Shown: positions 39,040 through 48,355 of the stretch, piece after piece
Position numbering within the stretch: position 1 is the stretch's first letter
Layout of the letters: each line of letters begins with the position of its first letter
From: Bacteroidota bacterium
GTDB taxonomy: Bacteria > Bacteroidota > Bacteroidia > Bacteroidales > JAAUTT01
DNA length: 64,000 nucleotides
Direction of reading: 5' to 3'
Assembly (NCBI GenBank): GCA_023429135.1
Contig: JAEYWD010000094.1
Location: 66,402 to 130,401, forward strand
The notes under the pieces: generated by a model
Databases searched by the model: none
What the model saw: only the letters and a program-made list of their open reading frames with translations
What the model was told of the DNA's origin: nothing
Translations under genes and position numbers: made by a program

Positions 39040-39154
39040 ATCAGGTAGATGTGTTTATAAATTAGTATAATAGAATCGGATGAAATTTCGGAAATAAATC
39101 AGCAGTCTGATTAATAATCCAAAGAGTAAACGGAGAGCTTTGCTGAGAATATCA

Positions 39155-39526
39155 CTATTTCTTTGCTTTCAGGTAAACCTTATTCCCGTTTTTATTGATG
39201 TAATACTCGCCACCCTGAGGTCCGGCATAAACAATCTGACCATCGGGACCTTTTTTGTTGGCCACAACTTTGTCGTTTTCTTTTAAATAAGTTTTATTAC
39301 CATTCTTGTTGACGTAATAAATTCCTCCTTTTACACCTTCGTAAACAGGCTGTCCATCGGGTCCTTTGCGCCCGTTAATTATTTTATCACCAAGGTCGGG
39401 TTTTTCGACTACTGCGGTAGTTTTCTTTTTCTCGGGAGCATTTTCTGCTGCTTTTTTGGGTTGAGCTGCAAGGGATACACTGAATGCCAGGAACACAAAT
39501 AAAATTCGATAGAAAGGTTTTATCAT
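39155..39526 (-). CDS. small secreted basic protein with two tandem 'KGPDGQxVYxGxxGGxYYxNKNGNKxYLK' repeats
   Basis: 123 aa with a signal peptide ('MIKPFYRILFVFLAFSVSLAAQ'). Two about 32-aa repeats are visible in the translation. The GGxYYxxxNGxKxY pattern resembles the Pfam 'PBCV-specific basic adaptor' motif, as I recall it. Confidence 0.6.
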   Translation of the reverse strand: MIKPFYRILFVFLAFSVSLAAQPKKAAENAPEKKKTTAVVEKPDLGDKIINGRKGPDGQPVYEGVKGGIYYVNKNGNKTYLKENDKVVANKKGPDGQIVYAGPQGGEYYINKNGNKVYLKAKK

Positions 39527-39590
39527 AGAATAAAGATTAGAAAAACAAATTTATGAATTACCACGACTCAAAAAAGCTGCTAAATGTCAA

Positions 39591-40706
39591 TTAAATATTT
39601 ATTTTCCAGCCCCGGGCTTCGATTTTCCATTCGTCGGCAGCACGACCTTCGCGAATCACAATAACGCTGTCGTAACGCGAAACTGTTGGGCAAATATGCC
39701 AGGGAATACCATAAAAATGATCGCCCACTTGAAATTTACCCGCATCAGGAGTTTCGATTACCAGATGCTCTTCGCTATGCATTTTAACCGAATAGTTATC
39801 TAATCCGATTAATTTGACCCGTGGATGAGGCATTTCGGAGGCTACAGCTTTATGTCCCAGGTCGAGACAAAGCAAACCGGGTCCAGGCTTACTAACAATC
39901 CTTGTGAGTAAAAGGGCGGCATAAAGAAAATTAAGATCGGGATATTGCTGCGAATAGCCATAGTCCCATAACACTGTTGTACCCGGACTTAATTCGATAC
40001 GACCTTTCCGTGCAGCATGGATAGGAAATGTAGGAGAACCAGAAGTTATAATTGTTGGAACGGGAAGGTTTTGATTTTCCAATACTGCCTTTAATTCAAG
40101 TACCGGCTCAAAATCCCGTTCGCTGTTAATTTTACGCTCTGCCGGTGAAGAATCGTGAATATGGCCGTCGTATGCATGTAATCCGGCAGGCTTGAGATAG
40201 GGTAGTTCATTTATCAATTTGTACAACTCCATGGCTTCATTACCCGGAGGCACACCAGTGCGGTTCATCCCGATATTCAGGTCGAGATACAAATCAATAT
40301 CACTGTCGAAAGCTATTGCAGTTTGGGAAATATGGTGAATAGCTTCGGGTGAATCAGTTATCGCGGAAAAGGAAGCATATGGGTATGCTTTTTTGAGCTG
40401 AAACAGGCGATGAAGATTAGGACCCATAGGCTGCATAGCCAAAAGAATATCTTTTACACCTGTCATAGCAGCCAGTTCGGCTTCGGCAATATTGGAACAT
40501 TTACATCTTGTAATGCCAAAATTATCCTGAATACGCAATATCTCACCCATTTTATGGGTTTTGATATGAGGTCGTAACCGACAGGCATCACCAGCTATAT
40601 CAATCATGCGGCGAATATTTTCCTCCACCCGGTGATAATAAATCAACAGATTAGGCGACGGAATTTCGTCAACATTTTCAATTTCGAACCAGCGAGAATT
40701 TTCCAT
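39591..40706 (-). CDS. D-threonine aldolase / D-serine dehydratase-like fold-type III PLP enzyme (DSD1 family)
   Basis: The start was moved to the ATG at 40706 ('MENSRWFEIENVDEIPSPNLLIY'). 'RLRPHIKTHKMGEI' carries the HxKTHK PLP-lysine motif of this family. Confidence 0.7.
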   Translation of the reverse strand: MENSRWFEIENVDEIPSPNLLIYYHRVEENIRRMIDIAGDACRLRPHIKTHKMGEILRIQDNFGITRCKCSNIAEAELAAMTGVKDILLAMQPMGPNLHRLFQLKKAYPYASFSAITDSPEAIHHISQTAIAFDSDIDLYLDLNIGMNRTGVPPGNEAMELYKLINELPYLKPAGLHAYDGHIHDSSPAERKINSERDFEPVLELKAVLENQNLPVPTIITSGSPTFPIHAARKGRIELSPGTTVLWDYGYSQQYPDLNFLYAALLLTRIVSKPGPGLLCLDLGHKAVASEMPHPRVKLIGLDNYSVKMHSEEHLVIETPDAGKFQVGDHFYGIPWHICPTVSRYDSVIVIREGRAADEWKIEARGWKINI

Positions 40707-40707
40707 A

Positions 40708-41172
40708 TCAATAAAGTTCAAATACAGCTTCAACTTCAACAGCAATATTCAAAGGCAAAAACATGCCCACAGCGCTTCGTACCCCAATGCCCATTTCCTC
40801 CCCAAAAATTTCAGCCATCAGTTCACTAAAACCGTTGATTACTGCCGGATGATGTTCAAAATCGGGTGAACTGTTCACCATTCCAAGTACCTTTACAAGA
40901 CGTTTTATTTTATCGAGATCGCCAAAATGAGTCCTGATGGTCGAAAGCATGGTTAGTCCAACCTGCCGGGCAGCCATTTTTCCTTGTTCAAGGTTAAGAT
41001 CTGCTCCTACCCTCCCTTTAAAAAGTGTTCCATCGTTATTCATCGGACCCTGTCCAGAAACATAAAGAAATTTATCAACCACAAGAACCGGCTTATAAAC
41101 TCCAACGGGAGCCGGTGCAGGCGGCAACACAAGATTCAGTTCCCTCAACCGGGCTTCAGGATTAGCTGTCAT
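40708..41172 (-). CDS. ridA: RidA/YjgF family reactive enamine/imine deaminase
   Basis: 154 aa showing the YjgF/RidA pattern: 'YVSGQGP', 'QVGLTMLSTI' and '...LPLNIAVEVEAVFEL'. Confidence 0.8.
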   Translation of the reverse strand: MTANPEARLRELNLVLPPAPAPVGVYKPVLVVDKFLYVSGQGPMNNDGTLFKGRVGADLNLEQGKMAARQVGLTMLSTIRTHFGDLDKIKRLVKVLGMVNSSPDFEHHPAVINGFSELMAEIFGEEMGIGVRSAVGMFLPLNIAVEVEAVFELY

Positions 41173-41292
41173 AATTTATATTGTTAGGGATATTCAGCTA
41201 AGATACAACCTTTGCTTTGAAAGAAAACGTTTGACATAAATGATAAGTTTTGATTTTTTTATAGCTTAGCTTAAAATCTAATTTATCACAAA

Positions 41293-41691
41293 ATGAATTG
41301 TCCGAGATGCAACACAGGACTCAATAAAGAATCTTTGAGAGTAGTTAATGAAACCATCGAAGTTGATACGTGCAGCAACTGTGGTGGCCGATGGTTTGAG
41401 AAGGACGAATTATCCAAAGCGGATAAGATTGTGGAACCCACTATTTTGGAAATCAGGAGAATTCCAAAAGAAAAGGAACAGATGGAAGGATTATACTGTC
41501 CTTCCTGCCAAAATGGTAAAATAATGGCGAAGATCGAAAACCCGAGAGATACTCATGTAATTATGGATTATTGCCCTATGTGTAACGGAATATGGCTGGA
41601 TAAAGGTGAGCTGGAAGCAATTCAGAAAGAAAACTGGGGGGTAACATTTAAAAGAATGCGCCAGTGGTTATTGCGCGAGGAGCCTGAGTAG
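41293..41691 (+). CDS. tandem TFIIB-type zinc-ribbon protein (zf-TFIIB family)
   Basis: 132 aa with two CxxC...CxxC units, each followed by 'W(F/L)(E/D)KxEL': 'CPRC...CSNCGGRWFEKDEL' and 'CPSC...CPMCNGIWLDKGELEAI'. Confidence 0.7.
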   Translation: MNCPRCNTGLNKESLRVVNETIEVDTCSNCGGRWFEKDELSKADKIVEPTILEIRRIPKEKEQMEGLYCPSCQNGKIMAKIENPRDTHVIMDYCPMCNGIWLDKGELEAIQKENWGVTFKRMRQWLLREEPE

Positions 41692-41696
41692 CAGTG

Positions 41697-42938
41697 TCAG
41701 GATATCTCCAGACCCAGCATGGTTATATCGTCGAAAATTGCTGGATTATCTCCTTTGATGGATTTGAGATCTATAATATCGCTGATGTTTTTGTCGATTG
41801 AATTGTCGTTGCATATACTTTCTTCCAGGAATTTGGTTCCAATACTTACATTTTCTCCTTCGAGCAACTCTACCAAGCCATCAGTGTAAAGCAGTATTTT
41901 TACAGGCTCGGCAATCTGCATATAGCCCTTTACAACATAGGGAATATCGTCGAGCATCCCAAGACCAACACAACCACTACGCAGGAAATCTAGTTTCTTG
42001 CTGTCGTGATGGTAAATAAGTGGCGGGTTATGGCCAGCGTTTATATATTCAAACTCACGTGATTTAATGTTAAAACGACCTATAAAGAAGGTGATAAATT
42101 TTTCACCCTTTGCATTAAACAAAACCCTGTCATTTAATCGCTCTATCAAAAATTTCAGTGGAATATCCTTGGTAAACAAGGCTCTGAAAGTTGCCTGAAA
42201 GTTAGACATCAGGAGAGCTGCAGAAATACCCTTCCCGGAAACGTCGGCAATACAAAAGCCGATTTCGTTTTCATCAAGATTGATAACATCGTAATAGTCG
42301 CCACCCACATCGAAATGCGGATGATAGAAAGCCGAAATTTTCAGATGATCGTTCTTTGGGAAGCTGTCGTTTTGGGGAATCAGCATCGCCTGCATTTTGC
42401 GTGCAAGTTCCATCTCTTTCTTCATTGCAGCCTGCTTGAGACTTTCCTTAAACAACCGATTGTTCTCAATGGCAGTAATAATAATATTGGTAAGCGTCTG
42501 TATAAAATTAAGGTGCTTTATTGCAGGGCTTACCCCATCCTGTTCTTCTTCAATATCGCCGATAAGCACGTAGGCCACCAGAATATTATTATTAAAAACA
42601 GGAATAACAATGTCGTAGGACGTTAAAGCTGGGTTTGTGGAGGAAGTGATGAAACTGATGTCCTGAAAACTTAACAGATCCCGTTCAACATCGATATTAA
42701 TAGGAAGTGGAGCGCCATCGTCGCCACACTGGGAACTCAGGAGACGCTGCCAGCCGTTATTGTATCGGTAAATTAGTATTTTACCGATGTTAAGATTTTC
42801 GAGAATGATGTTCTTATAGAGGGTCAGGAGATCTCCCACAGGCATATTGGCATTAATAGCCTGCGTAATCTCAAGCAATGCATTCAGCTTAAAATTTATT
42901 ATTTTCAGCTTTTTTAGCGATGCTTTCTCCATATACAA
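41697..42938 (-). CDS. PP2C/SpoIIE-family protein serine phosphatase with N-terminal GAF-like sensor
   Basis: 413 aa. The C-terminal half has SpoIIE/RsbU blocks ('GGDYYDV', 'IADVSGKGISAALLMS', 'YINAGHNPP', 'LYTDGLVE'). Confidence 0.8.
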   Translation of the reverse strand: MYMEKASLKKLKIINFKLNALLEITQAINANMPVGDLLTLYKNIILENLNIGKILIYRYNNGWQRLLSSQCGDDGAPLPINIDVERDLLSFQDISFITSSTNPALTSYDIVIPVFNNNILVAYVLIGDIEEEQDGVSPAIKHLNFIQTLTNIIITAIENNRLFKESLKQAAMKKEMELARKMQAMLIPQNDSFPKNDHLKISAFYHPHFDVGGDYYDVINLDENEIGFCIADVSGKGISAALLMSNFQATFRALFTKDIPLKFLIERLNDRVLFNAKGEKFITFFIGRFNIKSREFEYINAGHNPPLIYHHDSKKLDFLRSGCVGLGMLDDIPYVVKGYMQIAEPVKILLYTDGLVELLEGENVSIGTKFLEESICNDNSIDKNISDIIDLKSIKGDNPAIFDDITMLGLEIS

Positions 42939-42945
42939 AGCAATT

Positions 42946-42976
42946 AAATTCCGTTAAATTTATTTTAACGGAATTA
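42946..42976 (-). terminator. candidate efp terminator hairpin
   Basis: AAATTCCGTTAAA-tttat-TTTAACGGAATTA, pairing at 12 of 13 positions, about 35 nt downstream of the efp stop on the minus strand. The U-tract is weak (TTTAATTGCTTT). Confidence 0.45.
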
Positions 42977-43010
42977 TTTGCTAAAATTAAGATATTTTTT
43001 GGATTTCCGA

Positions 43011-43577
43011 CTACTTTGCGCGTTCGGAATATGACTTATCACGGGTATCAACTTTAATTTTATCGCCCTGGCTGATAAACAGCGGAACCTGAACAATAGC
43101 GCCGGTTTCGAGTGTTGCGGGCTTAAGAGCAGTGGAAGAAGCTGTATCGCCTTTTAATCCTGGCTCGGTATAAGTAACTTCCAGCACAACATGAGGCGGA
43201 AGTTCGCACGAAAGCGGAGTTTCGGTATCAACATGATAAACAACCTCAACATACTGTCCTTCTTTTAAAAATTCGGGAGAATCAATAATCTCTTTGGAAA
43301 CAGCTATTTGTTCAAAAGTATCAGTGTGCATCAGGTTATAGCCACCTTCATCGCTGTATAAAAATGTATACGGACGGCGTTCCACATTTGCCAGGTCGAT
43401 CTTCACTCCCGAGGTAAAGGTGTTATCTATTACACGTCCGGTGGTAAGGTTCTTAAGTTTGGTACGCACAAAGGCAGGACCTTTGCCTGGTTTTACATGC
43501 TGAAACTGCACAATAGTGAATAAGTCGCCATTAAATTCGATGCACAAGCCATTCTTGAAATCTGCTGTCGTTGCCAT
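43011..43577 (-). CDS. efp: translation elongation factor P
   Basis: 188 aa, starting '[49 protein letters not shown]...', which is canonical EF-P. Confidence 0.95.
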   Translation of the reverse strand: MATTADFKNGLCIEFNGDLFTIVQFQHVKPGKGPAFVRTKLKNLTTGRVIDNTFTSGVKIDLANVERRPYTFLYSDEGGYNLMHTDTFEQIAVSKEIIDSPEFLKEGQYVEVVYHVDTETPLSCELPPHVVLEVTYTEPGLKGDTASSTALKPATLETGAIVQVPLFISQGDKIKVDTRDKSYSERAK

Positions 43578-43711
43578 TGTTATTTTTTTAAATTTTCGGC
43601 AAAAATAGTTAAATCAATTAATTATTAAAAAAATGTTTGATTTTGATAAAGCAATCTGCCGAAATAAAGATATGGTAATGTTTAAAGATGTCTTCAAAGG
43701 AGAATCAACAC

Positions 43712-44425
43712 TTACTTCAATTCCGTAATTTTAACAGCACCAAAATTATACTTCTGAACAGAATGGCTATTACTATAATCAATAGAATACTTTTTTATAT
43801 AAAGTGTATTTTCATCCTTCCATCTCACTTCATCAGGCCCCCAGAGATTAATTTCTTTTTTCCATTTTAAAATGGCTTTTCTGCCCGAAATCTCAAAAAG
43901 CTGGATTCCATTGTAATCGTATCCGGCTTCGATATCACAGGAGTAAGTTATAAAATGCTTTTTATCCGGCGAAACAACAGGAGGTCCCCAAACATAAATT
44001 TTAGAACCATCTTTTTTATCCATCAGAAGATACTCGCTCCCTTCGTAATAAGAGATAAAAACCAGCCAGTAATCAATATCCTTGCACGATTTGGTATAAT
44101 TAAAGATGTGATAACTGTCACCTTCTTCATCTCTGTCGTTAGTTAAAACCGAATCAGCTCCATTTTCAAGTTTAAACACAATTTTAAGCGAATCCTGAAA
44201 GACTCTGGTAGAGTCATCAATAACAGAGGTAAAAGGAGAAACAACACTCACCGAGTCGGCAGTTCTGAATTCTTCCAGACTGATTGAATCGGTGCGAAAG
44301 TTGTCAATAACTTCTTCCTGTGGGGTATTGGTAGCAGGAGCTTCTGCAGAATCTACCATCAAATTTTTTTGGTTCGATTTACATGCAATTAATAGAACAA
44401 GCAGCAGGATGGAGAAAGTTTTCAT
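43712..44425 (-). CDS. hypothetical lipoprotein
   Basis: 237 aa with the lipobox 'LLVLLIACKSN'. I recognise no motifs. Confidence 0.55.
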   Translation of the reverse strand: MKTFSILLLVLLIACKSNQKNLMVDSAEAPATNTPQEEVIDNFRTDSISLEEFRTADSVSVVSPFTSVIDDSTRVFQDSLKIVFKLENGADSVLTNDRDEEGDSYHIFNYTKSCKDIDYWLVFISYYEGSEYLLMDKKDGSKIYVWGPPVVSPDKKHFITYSCDIEAGYDYNGIQLFEISGRKAILKWKKEINLWGPDEVRWKDENTLYIKKYSIDYSNSHSVQKYNFGAVKITELK

Positions 44426-44483
44426 CGATGTTAGGTGTGGTTAATAAATAATAAAGATAATACTTTTACAATTGCACAACCTC

Positions 44484-46679
44484 CTAATTGCTTCGCTGGT
44501 ATATTCTGACATAATCTACTTCCATGGTAGTGGGGAAAATTGTTTCGTCCACCCCTTTTATTCCACCCCAACCTCCACCAATTGCTAAGTTTAATATTAA
44601 ATGAAATGGCTGATCGAAAGGCCATGTGTCAGATCCGGTCTTTTCGTTTTTAAAGGAAAAATAAAGTTCTCCATCCACATAGCTGCGAATTTCATTTTCG
44701 TCCCATTCTGTTGCATAAACATGAAAGTCCACCATTGCTGAATTGACATTTATTTGTCGTCCAACCTGGGTTTTTTTCACATGATTGTAGGCTTTCGTAT
44801 GAACAGTCGAATGAATGATACCAGGATCGTAGCCCACATGTTCCATAATATCTATTTCGCCACTTCCAGGCCAACCGCCATACCTGTTTTCTGTAGGAAG
44901 CATCCATATAGCAGGCCATGTTCCCCGGCCCTTCGGCAGCCTTGCCCTTACTTCAACTTTCCCGTACTTCCAATCACCTTTATTTTTAGTAGTGAGTCTG
45001 GCTGAAGAATAAGCCTTACCGGAAGTGGGCTCTTTACGGGCGGTAATTTTTAATGTCCCATTACTTACGTTTGCGTTCCTTGACTCGGCATTAGTATACC
45101 ACTGCAGTTCATTGTTACCCCAACCGTAGCTGTTTCCGCGAGTATCGTAATTCCATCTGGTAGTGTCGGGCATACCGGCAATACTGAATTCATCTTTCCA
45201 TATAAGATTCCATCCATTATTATTTTTAACAGATTCAACCGGAACTATCTCTTTCTTGTACAAATTACCAAATCTATCAATTACTTCAACTGTTACCCGT
45301 GCTTTTGGATCTTTTACGCAGGCTTTAAACAAGTGATTAGTTTCGTCGGCACTTAACCATGAATGTTTCTTGTTTCTGCCAGGCTGATATAATTCATTAG
45401 CCAATGGATCCTTACCCCAATACTGTTCCATTTCCCCTATTAATTTGCCATCTTCATACCAAGTCACTTTCCAGGCTGGGTCGTAATTGTAAACGTTCAC
45501 AATTACACAGTCGGGATACTTTTCTTCAGAACCTATCGGATACACCTTAAACTGATCGTCCTTGCTCATATTTACACCTTTAAAATACCAGGAGAGTTTA
45601 TCTCCATCTACCTCATAAATTGTATATCCTTGTGGACTGCCATCAACAGATACATCGCCCTGCCACCAGGCTCCACTGGCTGCAGCGTGTACATGCTCAA
45701 ATAAGTTTGGGGTAATTATGGTATTCCATTGGGTGTGGCTATGCCCAGCCAAAATGTGAGCATTAAAAGGTGACAGAATTTTAAATAATGCGTCTTTATT
45801 CATTACCGATCCTGATAAAGAAGGACTATTGGTTTTGTTGGGACTTATATCAACAGTTGGAATATGCACTCCTACAATCACCGTACTTCCGGGCTTAACT
45901 TCTGCCAAATCCTGCTCCAGCCACCGGAGCTGCATTTCGTTAATGTAACCGATATACCTGTATGAATAGCCATAATAGAAAACATCCTTTAAAACAACAT
46001 AGTGAATCCGACCTTTGTTGAACGAATAATATGCAGGACCAAATTTTGCAGAATACGAAACAGATGAGAGTTCATCGGACCGTTTATTATAATCCATATC
46101 ATGATTTCCTAGTACCTGGTAAAATGGTAAACCTGTTTGAGAAATTACTTTTTTATAATCATCGTAAAAGTTTAATCTGTCGAATACCAGATCGCCCAGA
46201 CTTATTGCATGAACCGGCACCTGCTTTGATATTTCTTTAACTGTTAAATTTATGTCCTCAACCACCACTTTTAGTTTATCAAATTCTTCCATTTCGAGCA
46301 CCTGCGGATCTGCCCAGGCAATGAAAGTGTGTGATTGCTGCGACTTTTCCGACTTTGTGATTTCGAAATCAATATTCTGCAATTTTTCACCTTTCCGAAT
46401 AGCTTTATAGAATACCGGAACACCATCAACTACCGGGGAATCGTAACCCGAAGGAAGCGTATAATAAATATAGTCCCGGTCACTGGTGGTAACTAAATTA
46501 TATCTTCCTTTTTTATCAGTTTTAACAATTGTAACGCCATCGGTTACTGGTACATTGGAAATTCCTGCACCATTACTGGTGATGGTTCCTTTAATGGTGA
46601 TGATATCGCGGGCAGCAGCTTTACTATCAGGCAACAAACAAAACAATACAAAAAATAACAGAACTACATTTCTTTTCAT
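44484..46679 (-). CDS. secreted fusion protein: calcineurin-like metallophosphoesterase (N-terminal about 480 aa) plus GH16 beta-glucanase domain (C-terminal about 245 aa)
   Basis: The signal is 'MKRNVVLLFFVLFCLLPDSKA'. Metallophosphatase motifs are 'WADPQ', 'SLGDLVFD', 'VLGNHD' and 'LAGHSHTQW'. GH16 shows 'WPAIWMLP' and the catalytic 'GEIDIME' (EIDIME at 44841..44858), and the protein ends '...VDYVRIYQ'. Confidence 0.8.
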   Translation of the reverse strand: MKRNVVLLFFVLFCLLPDSKAAARDIITIKGTITSNGAGISNVPVTDGVTIVKTDKKGRYNLVTTSDRDYIYYTLPSGYDSPVVDGVPVFYKAIRKGEKLQNIDFEITKSEKSQQSHTFIAWADPQVLEMEEFDKLKVVVEDINLTVKEISKQVPVHAISLGDLVFDRLNFYDDYKKVISQTGLPFYQVLGNHDMDYNKRSDELSSVSYSAKFGPAYYSFNKGRIHYVVLKDVFYYGYSYRYIGYINEMQLRWLEQDLAEVKPGSTVIVGVHIPTVDISPNKTNSPSLSGSVMNKDALFKILSPFNAHILAGHSHTQWNTIITPNLFEHVHAAASGAWWQGDVSVDGSPQGYTIYEVDGDKLSWYFKGVNMSKDDQFKVYPIGSEEKYPDCVIVNVYNYDPAWKVTWYEDGKLIGEMEQYWGKDPLANELYQPGRNKKHSWLSADETNHLFKACVKDPKARVTVEVIDRFGNLYKKEIVPVESVKNNNGWNLIWKDEFSIAGMPDTTRWNYDTRGNSYGWGNNELQWYTNAESRNANVSNGTLKITARKEPTSGKAYSSARLTTKNKGDWKYGKVEVRARLPKGRGTWPAIWMLPTENRYGGWPGSGEIDIMEHVGYDPGIIHSTVHTKAYNHVKKTQVGRQINVNSAMVDFHVYATEWDENEIRSYVDGELYFSFKNEKTGSDTWPFDQPFHLILNLAIGGGWGGIKGVDETIFPTTMEVDYVRIYQRSN

Positions 46680-46764
46680 CTGAATTAAATTTTTTATATA
46701 AAAATGCCAACCTTCATAGTTAAGTAAAACTGAGGAATGAAGGCTGGCAAAAGTTAATTAAAAA

Positions 46765-48288
46765 TTATTTTAAAAGCCACATTAACTTGTTAATTTCATC
46801 ATATCCTTCATATTGACGATCCAAAGCCTCAATAAGGTTTTCGCGATTATAATTAGTTTCGGAAGACGGATACAGCCAACGCATCGGTATAGCATCCTTT
46901 TTATTCTCGTTTAAACTGGTATTCGGATTAATCGGGAAAACCGGGTATTGATTCCGACGATATTCAAAATAACTGCTTTCTGAATTCTGCATGAAATTAA
47001 GAATATATCGCTGCATCCATATCTGCTTCAGTTGTTCTTCAGGTGTAGCCTTGAAAGCAGCTTCACCCGTAAAATAGTTATTGATATAATTCTGGTCTAT
47101 AGCCATTCCGTGTGCATAACTTGCTTTAGTTGCCATAACAGAAGCCAGGGCTGCTTTAACCCCCGATTCGTAATAGTTTTGTGCTGACCCGGTATTTATC
47201 CATCCCAGAATATAAGCTTCGGCAAGAATTAATTGCTGCTCGGCATAAGTCATCAGCATGCGGGGTTCGCTATCACTTTCCAATAAATATCTTGAATTCA
47301 ACAGTGAATACATATTAGCGCTATGCCCCTGATTCATGACCTCATAATCAATCGATACATCAACACCCACGTATGCAGCCGGATCCGATTGTGTTTTTCC
47401 TCCGGCTATCTGAGCTCCAGCCGGGTCGGCAAAATAAAACAACCGCCTGTCATTAAGTGCTTTCAGGTTGTCTATTAATAAGGAACTGAGAATTGTCCGG
47501 CTTGTAAAAAGGTTATTGGTTCCCGACATTGGATGCATATTGGTAGTAGAATATTTCAACCCTAAATATCCGGTAGAATTTTCAAGGATAAAACCAGAAG
47601 CTACTATTTCGGCAAACCGCCCCTTAATGTTTAATGATGCAACATTCTCTTTTTTACTTAAACTCATCAATACCTTTAGTGCAAAAGCATTTGAAGCTCT
47701 TCGCCACTTTGCCGGATCGCCGTTATATGGTGTTGGATCACCTGAAAACGTAATTCCTTGTGCAAAAAATGTATCTGCCTCTTTCAATTCATTGAGGATT
47801 CCGATAAAAACCTGTTCCTGAGTATCGTACTTAGGGCGGTAATTACCTTTGTCGCCCTGATTGGTTTCGCTGTATGGGATATCACCAACTTCCATTGTTG
47901 TATGATAAAACATATAAGCCCTCGAGAATTTGGCAAGTCCTTTATAAGAATTTTCCATTGTACTCCCTTTAGCATACTCAAGCATTTTATCAATATTGGG
48001 AAGAATTGTCATTATGCCAAAGTCGGTACTTCCGATTTTATTATATTGGGCATTCATTTGACTTTCATTGGCATACCCAATATATTTAGCCAGTGCGTTT
48101 GGCTGAAGGTAGGCAATTGCATCGCGCCCGTTAAATTTGATATTCTCCAGTATCACGCTGGTTGCAACCATGGATGCACTGGCCTGAGTTATGGTATCAG
48201 GATTCTTATTTATTTCTTCAAATTTGTTACACCCAGAGAGCAACAAAAAAGGAAGAACTATACCTGTAAATATTTTCTTTTTATTCAT
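46765..48288 (-). CDS. SusD-like (SusD_like_2 type) outer-membrane lipoprotein
   Basis: The start was moved to the ATG at 48288 ('MNKKKIFTGIVLPFLLLSGCNKFEEINKNPD'). It lies directly downstream of a SusC-type transporter. Confidence 0.75.
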   Translation of the reverse strand: MNKKKIFTGIVLPFLLLSGCNKFEEINKNPDTITQASASMVATSVILENIKFNGRDAIAYLQPNALAKYIGYANESQMNAQYNKIGSTDFGIMTILPNIDKMLEYAKGSTMENSYKGLAKFSRAYMFYHTTMEVGDIPYSETNQGDKGNYRPKYDTQEQVFIGILNELKEADTFFAQGITFSGDPTPYNGDPAKWRRASNAFALKVLMSLSKKENVASLNIKGRFAEIVASGFILENSTGYLGLKYSTTNMHPMSGTNNLFTSRTILSSLLIDNLKALNDRRLFYFADPAGAQIAGGKTQSDPAAYVGVDVSIDYEVMNQGHSANMYSLLNSRYLLESDSEPRMLMTYAEQQLILAEAYILGWINTGSAQNYYESGVKAALASVMATKASYAHGMAIDQNYINNYFTGEAAFKATPEEQLKQIWMQRYILNFMQNSESSYFEYRRNQYPVFPINPNTSLNENKKDAIPMRWLYPSSETNYNRENLIEALDRQYEGYDEINKLMWLLK

Positions 48289-48355
48289 TTTCCAAGTTTT
48301 AAAAAGTAATTGCGACGTGGCACTCAAATATAAGGCGGTGCCAGCCAACATAATG

